A stretch of 63,905 bases of DNA, the filler included, from Octopus bimaculoides (taxonomy: Eukaryota): the NCBI RefSeq assembly GCF_001194135.2. It is 6 parts of 5 records of this genome, joined end to end, with 100 filler letters (N's around TTAATTAATTAA, not from the genome) between each part and the next. Parts side by side here need not be neighbours in the genome. Positions count along the whole stretch, not along the records: positions 43,348 to 56,382 come from NC_068995.1; positions 56,483 to 60,948 come from NC_068995.1; positions 61,049 to 62,734 come from NC_068989.1; 3 more parts are not named here. One strand, written 5' to 3'. Shown one piece after another: positions 49,030-62,734 of this stretch. The first letter of the stretch is position 1; each line of letters opens with the position of its first letter. The position numbers and the translations under genes are program-made. The notes under the pieces are model-generated. The model saw only the letters and a list, made by a program, of their open reading frames with translations, was not told where the DNA came from and ran no database searches.

Positions 49030-50075
49030 AACAATTATTTTAACTCAGGCACAACGCCAGAAGATTTTGTGAAGAGGGGTTAGTTAAAACCTTCGAACCC
49101 AGTACTTGAATGGTGCTTTATAGTATAAATACTACATCCACAAGAGATCTCAAAGCACAAAGAACCGGAACATACGCCGCATGATATTTTTTCGATGCAC
49201 AGACGATATAACCTATCTACCACCCTTAACAGTAACAATGGGTTCAAATTTTGCTACAAGGCCAGCGAATCCCAATGCTCAACTGGAACTTATTTTATCG
49301 AATGGATGAAAGGCAAAGTTGACTTCAGCAGAATTTGACCTCAGAATGCAGAGTGCATTCTGTCAGTCGTGCTATAATGATTCTGCCTGCTCGTCGCCTT
49401 TGCAAGGACAGCAATAATGGTTTCAAATTTTGGCACAATGCCAGCAATTTCAGGGGAAGAGAAAGTCAATTATATCGAACTCAATCTTTTATAGACCCCG
49501 AAAGGATGAAAGGTAATGTAGATTCCAGTGAAATTTGAACTCAAAACATAAAAACGGACGAAATGCCGCTCAGAATTTTGCCCGGGGCACTAACGATTCT
49601 ACCCGTTCACCGCCTTCCGAAAGACAATAATAATCCATTCTACAATAGACACAAGGCCTGAAATTTTGGGTTGGAACGTGTAAGTCGATTACATCGACCC
49701 TAGTGCTTAACTGGTACTTATTTTATAGATCCCGAAAGGATGAAAGGCAAAGTCATCCTCGGCGGAATTTGAACACAGAACGTAAAGACAGACGAAATGT
49801 CGCTCAGAATTTTGCCCAGCGTGCAAACGATTCTGTGCGCTCGCCGCCTTCTTCAGGATAGTAANNNNNNNNNNCAGTAATAATCCTTTCTACTATAGGC
49901 ACAAAGCTTGAAATTTGGGGAGACGGGGACAGTCGATTACATCGACCGCAGTACTCAACTGGTACTTATTTTTTTATCGATGAAAGGCAAAGTCAACCTT
50001 GGCAGAATTTGAACTCAGAACGTAAAGACGCTGAGCATTTTGCCCAGCTCTCCGCCTTCGTAAGGACAGTAGTAA
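49030..50075 (-). mobile_element. Head-to-tail array of about five SINE family C copies
   Basis: Repeated GATGAAAGGCAAAGT...GAATTTGAACTCAGAACG blocks, all in the same orientation and separated by short (AAT) tails. Confidence 0.85.
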
Positions 50076-50819
50076 TAACAACAATGAGCGCAAGAACATT
50101 AGCTGAAGCATTAAAAAAAATGACAGCAATAAGACCAGCAATAACATTGGCAACGATAACAACATAAGCTGCACAACAACAACAACAACAACAACAAAAA
50201 TAGCAACGGAATATATCATCAACTGGCATAAATCGACCCAAGCCCACACAGGACCGTTCTCGTCATTAATATTAGCAGCCAAGATACTTCCAGGCGTGAC
50301 CGTCTCATCTGATTTATTCATTTATTTATTGTGTATTTCTTACCATATTGGAATAAACCAATTATAAGCCTCTATGTGGTCATTTTACGTGCTAGAAATA
50401 GCACTTAGAAAATTGAACCCTAGCTTCATTCACAGCTGATACCAAAATAATTTTTTTAAAAAGATGGATGCAGACATTTCATATACCCGTTCTGGATATC
50501 CCTAAAGAAAACAGGATGGCCGCGACTGAGGCGAATTTAATCGGAGAACAACTTTAGGCTAAGCATCACTCGGAACAATGAAAAGGAACGCAAGAATCCT
50601 GGTAATGGAATTTGTAACGGAAACGTGTTTCGCCGGGTACGTAGCCAAACTATTATTCTACAGTGTTTCTTTTATTTAAACTCATAGACAACAAATACAC
50701 ACGTAGTAAACATACGTGCACGTATACATACATACATACATACATACACACATATACATACATACATACATACATACATGCATACATATATACTCACATA
50801 CATGTATGTGTGTGTATAT

Positions 50820-51069
50820 GTAAGTATATTTTACTTGTTTCATTTATTAGGCTGCAGCTTTGGGTCATGTAGGGACACACGTCTAAAAGGGTTTAATCGG
50901 AGAATCCAGCCCCGGTGCTTATTTATTAAGCCTAGTATTTATTCTATCGGATGTTTCGCCGAACGTAAACACACCAACACCGGTTGTCAAGCAGTGTGGA
51001 GTACAAATACAGACTCTAAGACACACAAACACATACACACACATAACATATGTATTTGTGTGTGTATGT

Positions 51070-51109
<40 letters not shown>

Positions 51110-51300
51110 GTCTGTGTCTGTGTGTTTGTGTGTGTGTACACACACACACAACGGGCGTCTCTCATTTTCCGACTACCAAATCTACTCACAAGGCTTTGGT
51201 CGGTCTGTGACTATAGTAGAAAACATTTGTTTAAGCTGCCATGCACTGGGACTGAACCTGGAACTATGTGGCTGGGAAACAAACTTCCTACAACACAGCC
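50820..51300 (-). mobile_element. SINE family A, near full length
   Basis: 3' half 50820-51010, central microsatellite, 5' half 51150-51300. Confidence 0.8.
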
Positions 51301-52075
51301 CCGTACATATACATGCATACACCTGTAAAATCACACTCACAGTTTTTGTTTTTATATTGCAATTTCTTTTTTCATCTTTAAGTCAGGAAGAAGTCCTGCG
51401 CCCATGGCCAGTTATAGGGTCGCCGAGACTTCTGGGCTTGTGGAAGGGAGGAAGGTATCATTAAACCGGAAACCTTATCCGAATGTGTGCGCCAGAATGG
51501 ACTCTCCGAAAGGTACTTAAGGTCCCCGGTGGCGGTATTAAACCAGGTGACAGGTACAGTGTAGTAGGCCATTGAGCGATTTGAACTCAGAACGCAAATA
51601 ATAGATACTGCAAGGTATTTGTCAGTCAACTACTTTGTACTGGTAGTTTTTTAACATGTAAGGTATATTTAACCTCAGCGGGATTTGAACTCAGCACAAC
51701 GTCCGAACAAATACCACGATGGACACTCACACACACACACACACGTGTGTGTGTGTGTGCATGTGTGTGTGCATGCGGATGTGTGTACGTATTAATGTAT
51801 ATGTATAGATAGTCACTAGGTACACTCAGACAAACGTGCGTGCACTAGCACACAGGCACACAGTTGTGCATGGTGTGCTGTAGTATGTATGTTTATGCAT
51901 GTATGCATGCATGTGTGTGCGTGTTTGTGCGCGCGCGCTTGTATGGTGCAGTGTGATGTGACGTGTGTGTGCACGTGCGCGTGCGCGCGCGTGTGTGCAG
52001 CCATTAACAATACTTTACCTGGCTTAATATCTAAAATACACGTAATCACATGAACATGAAACTCTCTTCCCTCCA

Positions 52076-52120
<45 letters not shown>

Positions 52121-52284
52121 TGTGTGTGTGTGTGTGTGTGTGGAGAAAGAGAGTGGGAGAGAGATAAAGCGGTTGACTGATAGATTGATACGTGCATGTG
52201 TGTGTGTTTGTGTGTCTGTATGTATATGTCTACGTGTGTATGTATATCTAAATGATATATATTCATTCATACATACATGCATAT

Positions 52285-52368
<84 letters not shown>

Positions 52369-52410
52369 TATATTATATATAATGCACACACACATATATA
52401 TATATAATGT

Positions 52411-52451
<41 letters not shown>

Positions 52452-53145
52452 CACGTATGTATGTATGTATATCTGTATGTGTGTATGTATGTATGTATGC
52501 ACGTATGTACGTATGTATGTATATGTATTTATGTGAGTTTAAACACACAGACACACCCCGCCTACCTGTAAACACGCATGCATATACATAGATGTATTAG
52601 AACCCGATTAAAGAACAACGAAAACACAGTCCAATGTCACAAGACCATGTGATGTCCCACGACACACAACAAACTCGATTCGCTAGAAATAGCAGCCAAA
52701 TTTCCTTTACGATGTTTTTTTTTTGTTTGTTTTTAAACTACTATACTGGAAATATGGTATTATGAGACTGAAAAACGAAAACTATTGGATGGCCACGGCT
52801 GGGATGTCATGAGATAACTCACTTTCAACAAACTAGACTCATACACATGTAGCCATATGAGTGTGTGTGTGTATGTTTGTATATGTATGCATGTATGTAT
52901 GTATTTATGTATGTATGTATGTATGGGCATTGACAAGACTGAAGCTACGCCCACCGTATAACGCATGCACATACGATGTTGTTGTTATTGCTGTTGAGTG
53001 TTTGTGTATGTTTGTGTGTATGTATGTGTGCGTGTATTTTTGAATAAAGGTAGTCTTCTTATTGCGCATATAAATATGAGTAGGTGCATATATACGCGGT
53101 TAAAATGCTTTGTAGTTCTATCTATCAAAGTACATTATGTAAATA

Positions 53146-53230
<85 letters not shown>

Positions 53231-53789
53231 GTATATACACGTTTAGGTGTACTGATATTTACAGGTATGTATATGTGTGAGCGTGTATATTTTAACAGAG
53301 ACAGTTAGATATGTAATTTACTCACTATATAACCTGTAGATGTGTGCGTGTGTGATTGTGAGTGCGTGGTGCGTACATGTATAATATTCATATCTGTGTA
53401 AGCATACGTACAATAATATACATGTGTGTGTGTGTGTGTTTTTGTATGTGCATGCGTATGCAGTGCGCTCTGGTCACTTACCCCAGCCTAGTTCGACCCA
53501 CAATTTCGTAATCCAGTCAGGATTGGTGGATATTCTTCTCGTCTTTCTTTCTAGCGTTTTCCGTCCTGGCTTTCTCCCTTTCTTTCTTTCTTTTTTTTTC
53601 GTTTTCTTTCTTTCTTTCTTTTCTCTCATCCATTCTTTTCCTTTTCCTTTCTTTCTTTCTGTCTTTCATTCATTCATTCATTCATTCTTCAAATGCTTGC
53701 ATTCGTTTTCTTTTTCGTTTTTCTTTTCTCATCTTCCCGTAGTAGGGTTTCCAAACATCCCAACATCAGACATATTTCATTTATAGGAA

Positions 53790-54205
53790 GAAGGCAAAAA
53801 TAAAAAAAAACAAAAATAAGGGGGTAGTGGGGAGAGCAAGACAAAGCTTCTAAGTGGGAGTATGATACGGAGAAAGAAGAGAGAGAGTGAGGGAGACGAA
53901 AGTGGTATGGTGCCAATGTTTTAGAGGGGGGGAGTAATATAGAGAGAGGGAATCAGCAGTGGCGAAAGTGATTTAGTAAGTACGTTTTAGGGAGAAGCCG
54001 AAACGGAGAGAAAGACTGCAGCAGTAAAAATGGTACAGCAGGAGCGTTAAGACAGGGTGAGAGACTGTAAGAAAGAGAGACTGTAAGAAAGAGAGACTGT
54101 AAGAAAGAGAGACTGTNNNNNNNNNNNNNNNNNNNNNNNNNNNNNNNNNNNNNNNNNNNNNNNNNNNNNNNNNNNNNNNNNNNNNNNNNNNNNNNNNNNN
54201 NNNNN

Positions 54206-54257
<52 letters not shown>

Positions 54258-54974
54258 GAGACAGAGAAAAGCATAAGAGAGACAGAGGGCTGTGGAGAAA
54301 ATGATATAGTAGAAATTGGCTAGAGAGAGGATAAAGGAAGAAATATATAGAGTCATTGAATAAAATAGGGGCTGATTATGGAGGTAGAGAGAGAGACTAA
54401 GAGAAAGGAAGAGAGGGGAAGAGAGAGAAGACGGAAGAAGGAAAGAGAGAAAAGAGAAATGAAGAAGGAGAAATAGGTTTAGAGAACTAGAAGGAAAGGA
54501 GAAAAAGGGAGAGACGTAAGGAGAGAGTGTAGAGGAAGAAGGGATGCTGGATAGAGAATGAAACGAATGAAATGAATGAAATACAAGTGGAAGGAATAAG
54601 AATGAAACAATTATGTTTTGAAGACAAGATGGGATGGTCACGGCTGAAAAGACTTTTGATTATAGGTTTGTCCGATCAAATCTAGCTTGGGGCTGCACAA
54701 CAACGAGAACGGGAAAGAGACTGGGGTTAGGGAGCGTGGAAAAAATATAAGGCGAGGAAGAGATTGAAGGGGAGAAAATAGATGAAGGAATAGAAGAAGA
54801 CAGAAACAGGGTGGAAGGGGATAGGGGTGAAAGGGTAAAGTGTGAGTGAATAGGGATAAATGGAGAAGTATGAGTGTTAGAGGGAGAGTGATGGATAGAG
54901 AGTGGGAGCGGTAGTGATAAGGGTAAAGAGGAGAGAGAAAGAGAGAGAATGTGTATGAACGTTTTAAGGAGAGA

Positions 54975-55006
<32 letters not shown>

Positions 55007-56339
55007 NNNNNNNNNNNNNNNNNNNNNNNNNNNNNNNNNNNNNNNNNNNNNNNNNNNNNNNNNNNNNNNNNNNNNNNNNNNNNNNNNNNNNNNNNNNNNN
55101 NNNNNNNNNNNNNNNNNNNNNNNNNNNNNNNNNNNNNNNNNNNNNNNNNNNNNNNNNNNNNNNNNNNNNNNNNNNNNNNNNNNNNNNNNNNNNNNNNNNN
55201 NNNNNNNNNNNNNNNNNNNNNNNNNNNNNNNNNNNNNNNNNNNNNNNNNNNNNNNNNNNNNNNNNNNNNNNNNNNNNNNNNNNNNNNNNNNNNNNNNNNN
55301 NNNNNNNNNNNNNNNNNNNNNNNNNNNNNNNNNNNNNNNNNNNNNNNNNNNNNNNNNNNNNNNNNNNNNNNNNNNNNNNNNNNNNNNNNNNNNNNNNNNN
55401 NNNNNNNNNNNNNNNNNNNNNNNNNNNNNNNNNNNNNNNNNNNNNNNNNNNNNNNNNNNNNNNNNNNNNNNNNNNNNNNNNNNNNNNNNNNNNNNNNNNN
55501 NNNNNNNNNNNNNNNNNNNNNNNNNNNNNNNNNNNNNNNNNNNNNNNNNNNNNNNNNNNNNNNNNNNNNNNNNNNNNNNNNNNNNNNNNNNNNNNNNNNN
55601 NNNNNNNNNNNNNNNNNNNNNNNNNNNNNNNNNNNNNNNNNNNNNNNNNNNNNNNNNNNNNNNNNNNNNNNNNNNNNNNNNNNNNNNNNNNNNNNNNNNN
55701 NNNNNNNNNNNNNNNNNNTATATATGTATGCATGTATATATATAATTTTTTATATGTATATGTAGGGAAAGAAGATAGGATGGTTCCTTCATTGGTTCGG
55801 ATTGAGAAAAATGATGGGGTGGTAAGAAGACAGGTACGTGAATGAGAGTGATAAAATACAAATGGAGGGTGGGTGACGAAAGGGAGTGAAAGTGAGAGAT
55901 AGACTGAGGGTCAAGGTGTGAGGGAAAGATTTGGGAGTTTGAGAATGAATGAGGAGTAGGTTGTGTGTATCTGAGTGTATGTGCGAGAGAGAGAGAGAGT
56001 ACATGAGTGTGGGTGAGCGGAAATGGTTGTAATAGTGAAAGATAGGGATATAATGAATGTGGCGCAAATTGTAGAATAGAGGTTTGGGTAAAAGCAAGAA
56101 TGAGTGAATGATAAATAGACAGCAAGAGAGAGAGAGAGAGAGAGAGAGCGAAAAGGAGAAAGAGAGACAGGCAGACTTAGTCACAGAGAGGTAGAAGAGA
56201 GACGGTAAAGAGAGATAGGGAGTTATGTATGAATGATGGTCAAGAAATGCTTGGAGAAGATGGTGACTGTGGAAATGTGAGAGAGTGAGAGGGAGAGAGG
56301 AAGAGGAAGGAAAGAGAGAGAAACTGAGTGTGTGTGTGT

Positions 56340-56382
<43 letters not shown>

Positions 56383-56482
56383 NNNNNNNNNNNNNNNNNN
56401 NNNNNNNNNNNNNNNNNNNNNNNNNNTTAATTAATTAANNNNNNNNNNNNNNNNNNNNNNNNNNNNNNNNNNNNNNNNNNNN

Positions 56483-56530
<48 letters not shown>

Positions 56531-56671
56531 CGTGATGGAAATACTTATCAATGTTTATGGCTGCCGACCTTGAATCTTTATCGATTATTATTAATTGTTG
56601 TTGTTGTTGTTGTTGTTATCGCCATCATCATCATCGTCATCACCGCCATCGTCATCGTCATCGTCATCGTC

Positions 56672-56714
<43 letters not shown>

Positions 56715-57076
56715 CCATCATCATCATCATCGTCATCATCAATATTATGAATTATTACTAATATTATTATTGTTGTTGTTGTTATTGTTATTTAACGTTA
56801 CTAGAAACTATAAATTACAGGTGTTATGCAATAAATCATACTCAGGTATGTTCCGTGTGTTTATGTGTATATGTGTATGTGTATGTGCGTCTATGTATGT
56901 GAATGTGTTTGTGCATGTGTTGACACATGCATATATGTATGCGACAGTGTGCAATGTGTAAGTAGGTGTAAGTATATGTACTTATATATATATATATATA
57001 GATAGATATATAGATATATATGTATGTATATGTATGTATATATACACATATATATATACTTACTTACACACACACA

Positions 57077-57151
<75 letters not shown>

Positions 57152-57350
57152 CGTTGTTTGCATAAGAATAGAGAGTGATCAAGCGATAGATAAATATCAG
57201 GAGATAAACACGCTACAGACAGTCAGACAGACGGATAGATAAAGAGAGAGAGGGAGAAAGAGAAGGAGAGACAGACAGACAGAAAGAAGGAAAGAGAGGG
57301 AGGGAAAATCTAAAAGAAAGAAAGCGAGTGAGAGAAAAAAGTGAGAGATG
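53790..57350 (+). repeat. Purine-rich (GA) low-complexity domain, with gaps
   Basis: Long G/A-biased stretches, including a 16-bp repeat (GAGAGACTGTAAGAAA) at 54058-54116. Confidence 0.8.
56383..56482. other. Artificial scaffold linker
   Basis: 44N-TTAATTAATTAA-44N. Confidence 0.95.
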
Positions 57351-57653
57351 ACGGTTGATCGACCGATATTTCCCATTAGTTTGGACCGAATGACCTAACA
57401 AGTAAACAATAATGTTTGGTGTTTGGTGGTTAGAGGAGTGGGGGCCAGCTTTTGGTATGTCTGTGTGTGTTGATCTAATTTATATGGGTGTCCGGGTGGT
57501 TAACAGCGTCGTTCTTGGTTCGATCCCACGACACGTCACCTTCGGCAAGTCTGTCGCTGAGGCATCTTCTCTAGTTTCATGATCGAAATGATCAATGCTT
57601 TCTAAGCAGTATTTTGGTTCCGGAAATTGCGTAGGGGAGGTCCACCATATATG

Positions 57654-57690
<37 letters not shown>

Positions 57691-57699
57691 ATATATATC

Positions 57700-58202
57700 A
57701 TAAAGGAATAAGGATATTAGATCCGGGTAGGTACCTTACAAGTATTCTTGTAGGATTCAGCTTCTGGCTAATTAAATCTAATTATATGGAACAACGGGAA
57801 ATTGTTTAAGGTAAACAAGTACCCGGTATTTCACCCGATGGGTAAATCCTGGGTTTGCTTCTTTGGACATTTTACAGATATACAGAGTGTGTATATTCCA
57901 GGCATTAAAAGTAAGAGCGCAGGATTATACATCCTTAAAAGCTTGCTTATTTCAGTGTTATATGTAACACATTCTCTCTAAATCTCAGTCCGACACGTGT
58001 TTCTACTGCATAGATATCCTAAGATGTAGCATGCAGTTGCATCATGTGGGTTCAATTGCAGTATAAGTTCTTCCGGGGTATACGTAACCATGTACCTTTA
58101 TTCAAGGTGTTACCATTATTGGCTTTTGAAGCGAACTGAGGAGTTCGATATTTGGTAGTCTTATTCTAGGTTTAATTTAGGTAAGGAATGTGTGTGTGTG
58201 TG

Positions 58203-58261
<59 letters not shown>

Positions 58262-58950
58262 CGTGTAGAAAATAGCGAAGGTTGCTGTGAAATACGATGA
58301 GGCGATGAAGTCCGTTATTATTTAAACCCAGATTGGCTTTTAATGTTTTAAAGTTGTCTTTAAATCAAGGGAATGGTGGGGGGTTTGAATGCTCACATTT
58401 TGGATAGAGGAGGTCGGCTACAACGGACGTCCGGTTTGAGTCGCAACGTATATTAGCTTCTGGCCAGTGATTGGGTGAGTGAGGGTCTCTGAGTTGCATA
58501 GCTAGTTGACGATTGAGGAGTTCCCTTCGAAGTCGTCCCTTGAGTTCCCTTCGAAGTCGTCCCTTGAGTTCCCTTCGAAGTCGTAAGAGAGGTTTTGGTC
58601 CTTTATGCTACAGGAATCATACATACTTAGATTAATAAAGTTTTATAACACGTGTAACCACTCAGTTTGTGGCACTGGACATGGAGTACCGAGACCGTAC
58701 TTGACTATACAGCGGTGCACTGACCATACTTGTGGTACGCCCTCACGTGTTTCCAGCTGTGGAATCTGTCGTAAAAATATCTCTTTGGGGATTAGAGAAA
58801 TTAGGAACTTGGACTGTTAGTAATTCGGACATCAGGTTGTGACCATCAAAGAGTTAACAGTGTTTGCATTTGATACCAACAGGAATTAGCATCGGCAATA
58901 TAGTTAACACCAACACCGGTTTGGCAGTGCAGCAATTCCACACCGAACTG
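57700..58950 (-). mobile_element. Probable degenerate APE-type LINE 5' region (ORF1 and start of endonuclease)
   Basis: ALTFNAWNIHTL near 57900-57930 resembles the APE N-terminal W-N-I/V-x-x-L motif; upstream Thr/Ser-rich frame. Confidence 0.35.
58518..58584. repeat. 24-bp tandem repeat, 2.8 units
   Basis: GAGTTCCCTTCGAAGTCGTCCCTT units are exact copies. Confidence 0.95.
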
Positions 58951-59492
58951 GCGCCATGCAACAAACAGCCTTCCGGTATTTCAGACCCTGAAAAACCAGA
59001 CCAAAAAATTCCAAAGTAAAATAAAAATCAAAGAAATTAAAAAAAGAAAAATTTAATCAATAAAATAAAATAATCCAATAAGGAGTAAAAACAAATAAAA
59101 GAGAGATTTTGGTATAGAATGTTCATGTTTACTTAAGTCGTTTTTGAAATGTTCAACGACAAAATATCGTTTTGTTTAATGTTAACTGAGTAGATGGAGG
59201 CGAAGTAGTGGAAGGGGAGAGGGTGGTGGTGGTGGTTGGTGGTGGTTGGTGGAGGTGTATGAGAGAGGATATTAAATAAGGGAGACACCGGTAAATAGTG
59301 ACGTGTTTGTTAGTGTTGGGACAGTATTTAGAGAAGAGTACAAAGGTGGGGGTGAGAAAAGATATTGTTGATAGGGCGGAGACGTTGCGTTGTATAGGGA
59401 TTAACGACATCACCTCCCGCGTGCTATGTGTGTATACAAATATATAATAAATACACACACACACATATATCGATATATATATATATGTGTGT

Positions 59493-59552
<60 letters not shown>

Positions 59553-60317
59553 NNNNNNNNNNNNNNNNNNNNNNNNNNNNNNNNNNNNNNNNNNNNNNNN
59601 NNNNNNNNNNNNNNNNNNNNNNNNNNNNNNNNNNNNNNNNNNNNNNNNNNNNNNNNNNNNNNNNNNNNNNNNNNNNNNNNNNNNNNNNNNNNNNNNNNNN
59701 NNNNNNNNNNNNNNNNNNNNNNNNNNNNNNNNNNNNNNNNNNNNNNNNNNNNNNNNNNNNNNNNNNNNNNNNNNNNNNNNNNNNNNNNNNNNNNNNNNNN
59801 NNNNNNNNNNNNNNNNNNNNNNNNNNNNNNNNNNNNNNNNNNNNNNNNNNNNNNNNNNNNNNNNNNNNNNNNNNNNNNNNNNNNNNNNNNNNNNNNNNNN
59901 NNNNNNNNNNNNNNNNNNNNNNNNNNNNNNNNNNNNNNNNNNNNNNNNNNNNNNNNNNNNNNNNNNNNNNNNNNNNNNNNNNNNNNNNNNNNNNNNNNNN
60001 NNNNNNNNNNNNNNNNNNNNNNNNNNNNNNNNNNNNNNNNNNNNNNNNNNNNNNNNNNNNNNNNNNNNNNNNNNNNNNNNNNNNNNNNNNNNNNNNNNNN
60101 NNNNNNNNNNNNNNNNNNNNNNNNNNNNNNNNNNNNNNNNNNNNNNNNNNNNNNNNNNNNNNNNNNNNNNNNNNNNNNNNNNNNNNNNNNNNNNNNNNNN
60201 NNNNNNNNNNNNNNNNNNNNNNNNNNNNNNNNNNNNNNNNNNNNNNNNNNNNNNNNNNNNNNNNNNNNNNNNNNNNNNNNNNNNNNNNNNNAGAGAGAGA
60301 GAGAGAGAGAGAGAGAT

Positions 60318-60367
<50 letters not shown>

Positions 60368-60624
60368 GGTGGGGATAGACAGACAGAGAAAGAAAGAGAC
60401 GGAGACTCAAGGACAGGCAGGCAGAGAGAGGGAGTGAGTGAAAGAGAGACAAACAGGTAAACAGTGAGAGAGAAAGAGATAGAGAGAGACTAAGACTGCC
60501 ATTGTACTAGACCCGAGTGTATAACAGATATATTTTACTTCTCTATTGTGAGGGCGCAATTTCAAGGGTGTCATTTGTAAGATTTCGTTAAGAGTAACGA
60601 AACCAAATGTTATAAGGATAAAAG

Positions 60625-60835
60625 TCCCCCACCCACCATCGCTTGACAACCGACATTGGTGTGTTTACGTCCCTGTAACTTAGCAGTTTCACATAAGAGA
60701 GCGATAGAATTAGTACTAGGCTTACAAAGAATAAGTCCTGGGGTCACTTCCTTCGACTTAAAAACCTTTAAGGTTTTAGTGCTCCAGCATGGCTGAAGTC
60801 GAATGACTGAAAGAAATGAATAAAGGAATAAAAGA
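60625..60835 (+). mobile_element. SINE family A, 3' half
   Basis: CATCGCTTGACAACCGACATTGG...TGCTCCAGCATGG...AATGACTGAAAG. Confidence 0.85.
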
Positions 60836-60838
60836 ATA

Positions 60839-60899
<61 letters not shown>

Positions 60900-60900
60900 C

Positions 60901-60948
<48 letters not shown>

Positions 60949-61048
60949 NNNNNNNNNNNNNNNNNNNNNNNNNNNNNNNNNNNNNNNNNNNNTTAATTAA
61001 TTAANNNNNNNNNNNNNNNNNNNNNNNNNNNNNNNNNNNNNNNNNNNN
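60949..61048. other. Artificial scaffold linker
   Basis: 44N-TTAATTAATTAA-44N. Confidence 0.95.
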
Positions 61049-61079
<31 letters not shown>

Positions 61080-62423
61080 ATGCTTGTATGTGTATGTATC
61101 ATTGTTTTGAGGAAAATGAAATTACACAACGTTTCATGGTAGATTTAATAAACACAAGCAATTATGGAACAATATGATACTTGTTGACATTCTACGTAAC
61201 ACATTTTCATTTATGATTATGCAACAAGTGGAACCAATTTCTCGTCACTCGCCATAATGCACTAGCATTATAGCGGGTAGGATTCTAATAAATCAGTTTG
61301 GATGAAGTAAAACAGTTTTCTTTAGATGTTACAAAACTTAAACGAAGACAACGAATCATTTTAGATCCAGAATAAAAGGAACAAATCACGTGAGTCTTGA
61401 AATAGGATAGGTTGCGAGATAACTGAAAAGTAATTCAGAATGTACTTGGGAGTAAATACAAGAAAAGTACATGAATAAAGAGGAAATTTAAGATTGCTCA
61501 TTGGCTGAATGTTAAATTCAGGCCTGGTTCACATTTCCAGAATTATGACTGGTATTTAGAAAAGTGTGTCATTTCGTAAAAAAAATCGGTCTAGTGTTTA
61601 GATTACTCTAGAATTTCTTAGCTGCAATTAAGTTGCACATTTTAGACCTTTTAATGCATGGTCAGTTGCATTAATACGTTTATAATTATATATGTAATAT
61701 AAAGCTACTGGCACGCACAGCTGTCATTGAAACCAAGGATTTGTGTACTGGAAAATTGTCCTGATGATACAAGATCACTTTTGGTTTTCTTGGGTGTTTG
61801 GTCTTTATAGCCTTTCGTAACTGCCACTACAATTTGGCATAATACTCTCTTTTGATCATATGCCATTTTGAAGACAGTCAATAAACACAATACCTTTTAC
61901 ATTTAAAAATGTTGTTTCTCATGGGGTAAGTGCTTGTGGTAGTAGTGGCAGTGGTGGCAGTGGTGACTGTAGTTACGATGGCGGTTTGGGTGTTGTGATG
62001 GCAGTAGTGGTAGTGTTGGTGGTGGATTGGCGGTAGTAGAGGGGGTTAGCGATTATAATGATAAGAAGGGTGAGTGGGGAAGATTATTTTTTTAATGCTT
62101 TCTGTAATATTTACGTCACAGAATAATAACTTTGCTTAGACACTGAGGTATCTACATCACAAAATAAAAAACTTTTGTTAAATATTTTGAAATGTATACG
62201 CGGAGAAGAAGTACATGCAAGAGCAAGGAAATGATAATGGAAAACATTTATTTCAACAAATTCCCAAAATTGGTCAAGATCACATGACCTGAGAAGAAGA
62301 GAGAAGGTTCTGACGTTTTCTAGATGATTCCATGTGAAAATGTCCTCAAAATGAAGATGTGGGATGCAGAAACATGTCTCGATACATTTATAAACTCTAA
62401 AAATTTCCATCCACAAGTATATC

Positions 62424-62456
<33 letters not shown>

Positions 62457-62511
62457 GTATGTATGCATGAATGTATGTATGTATGTATGTATGTATGTAT
62501 GTATCTATGTA

Positions 62512-62710
62512 GACGCAGGAGTGGCTGTGTGGTAAGTAGCTTGCTTACCAACCACATGGTTCCGGGTTCAGTTCCACTGGCAAGTGTCTTCTACTCTTCT
62601 ACTATAGCCTTCGGCTGACCAAAGCTTTGTGAGTGGATTTGGTAGACGGAAACTGAAAGAAGCCCGTCGTATATATGTATATATATATATATGTTTGTAT
62701 GTCTGTGTTT
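62512..62710 (+). mobile_element. SINE family A, 5' half with tRNA-like head
   Basis: GCAGGAGTGGCTGTGTGGTAAG (A box), GGGTTCAGTTCC (B box), GTAGACGGAAACTGAAAGAAGCCCGTCG. Confidence 0.9.
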
Positions 62711-62734
62711 GAGTATATATATATATATATATAT

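Noticed and set aside
58518-58584. CRISPR-like repeat
   Set aside because: Units are contiguous with no spacers, the context is eukaryotic and there are no cas genes.
58605-58820. Cys-rich PHD-like ORF on the + strand
   Set aside because: Cys/His spacing does not fit a PHD finger, and the region reads better as a minus-strand element.
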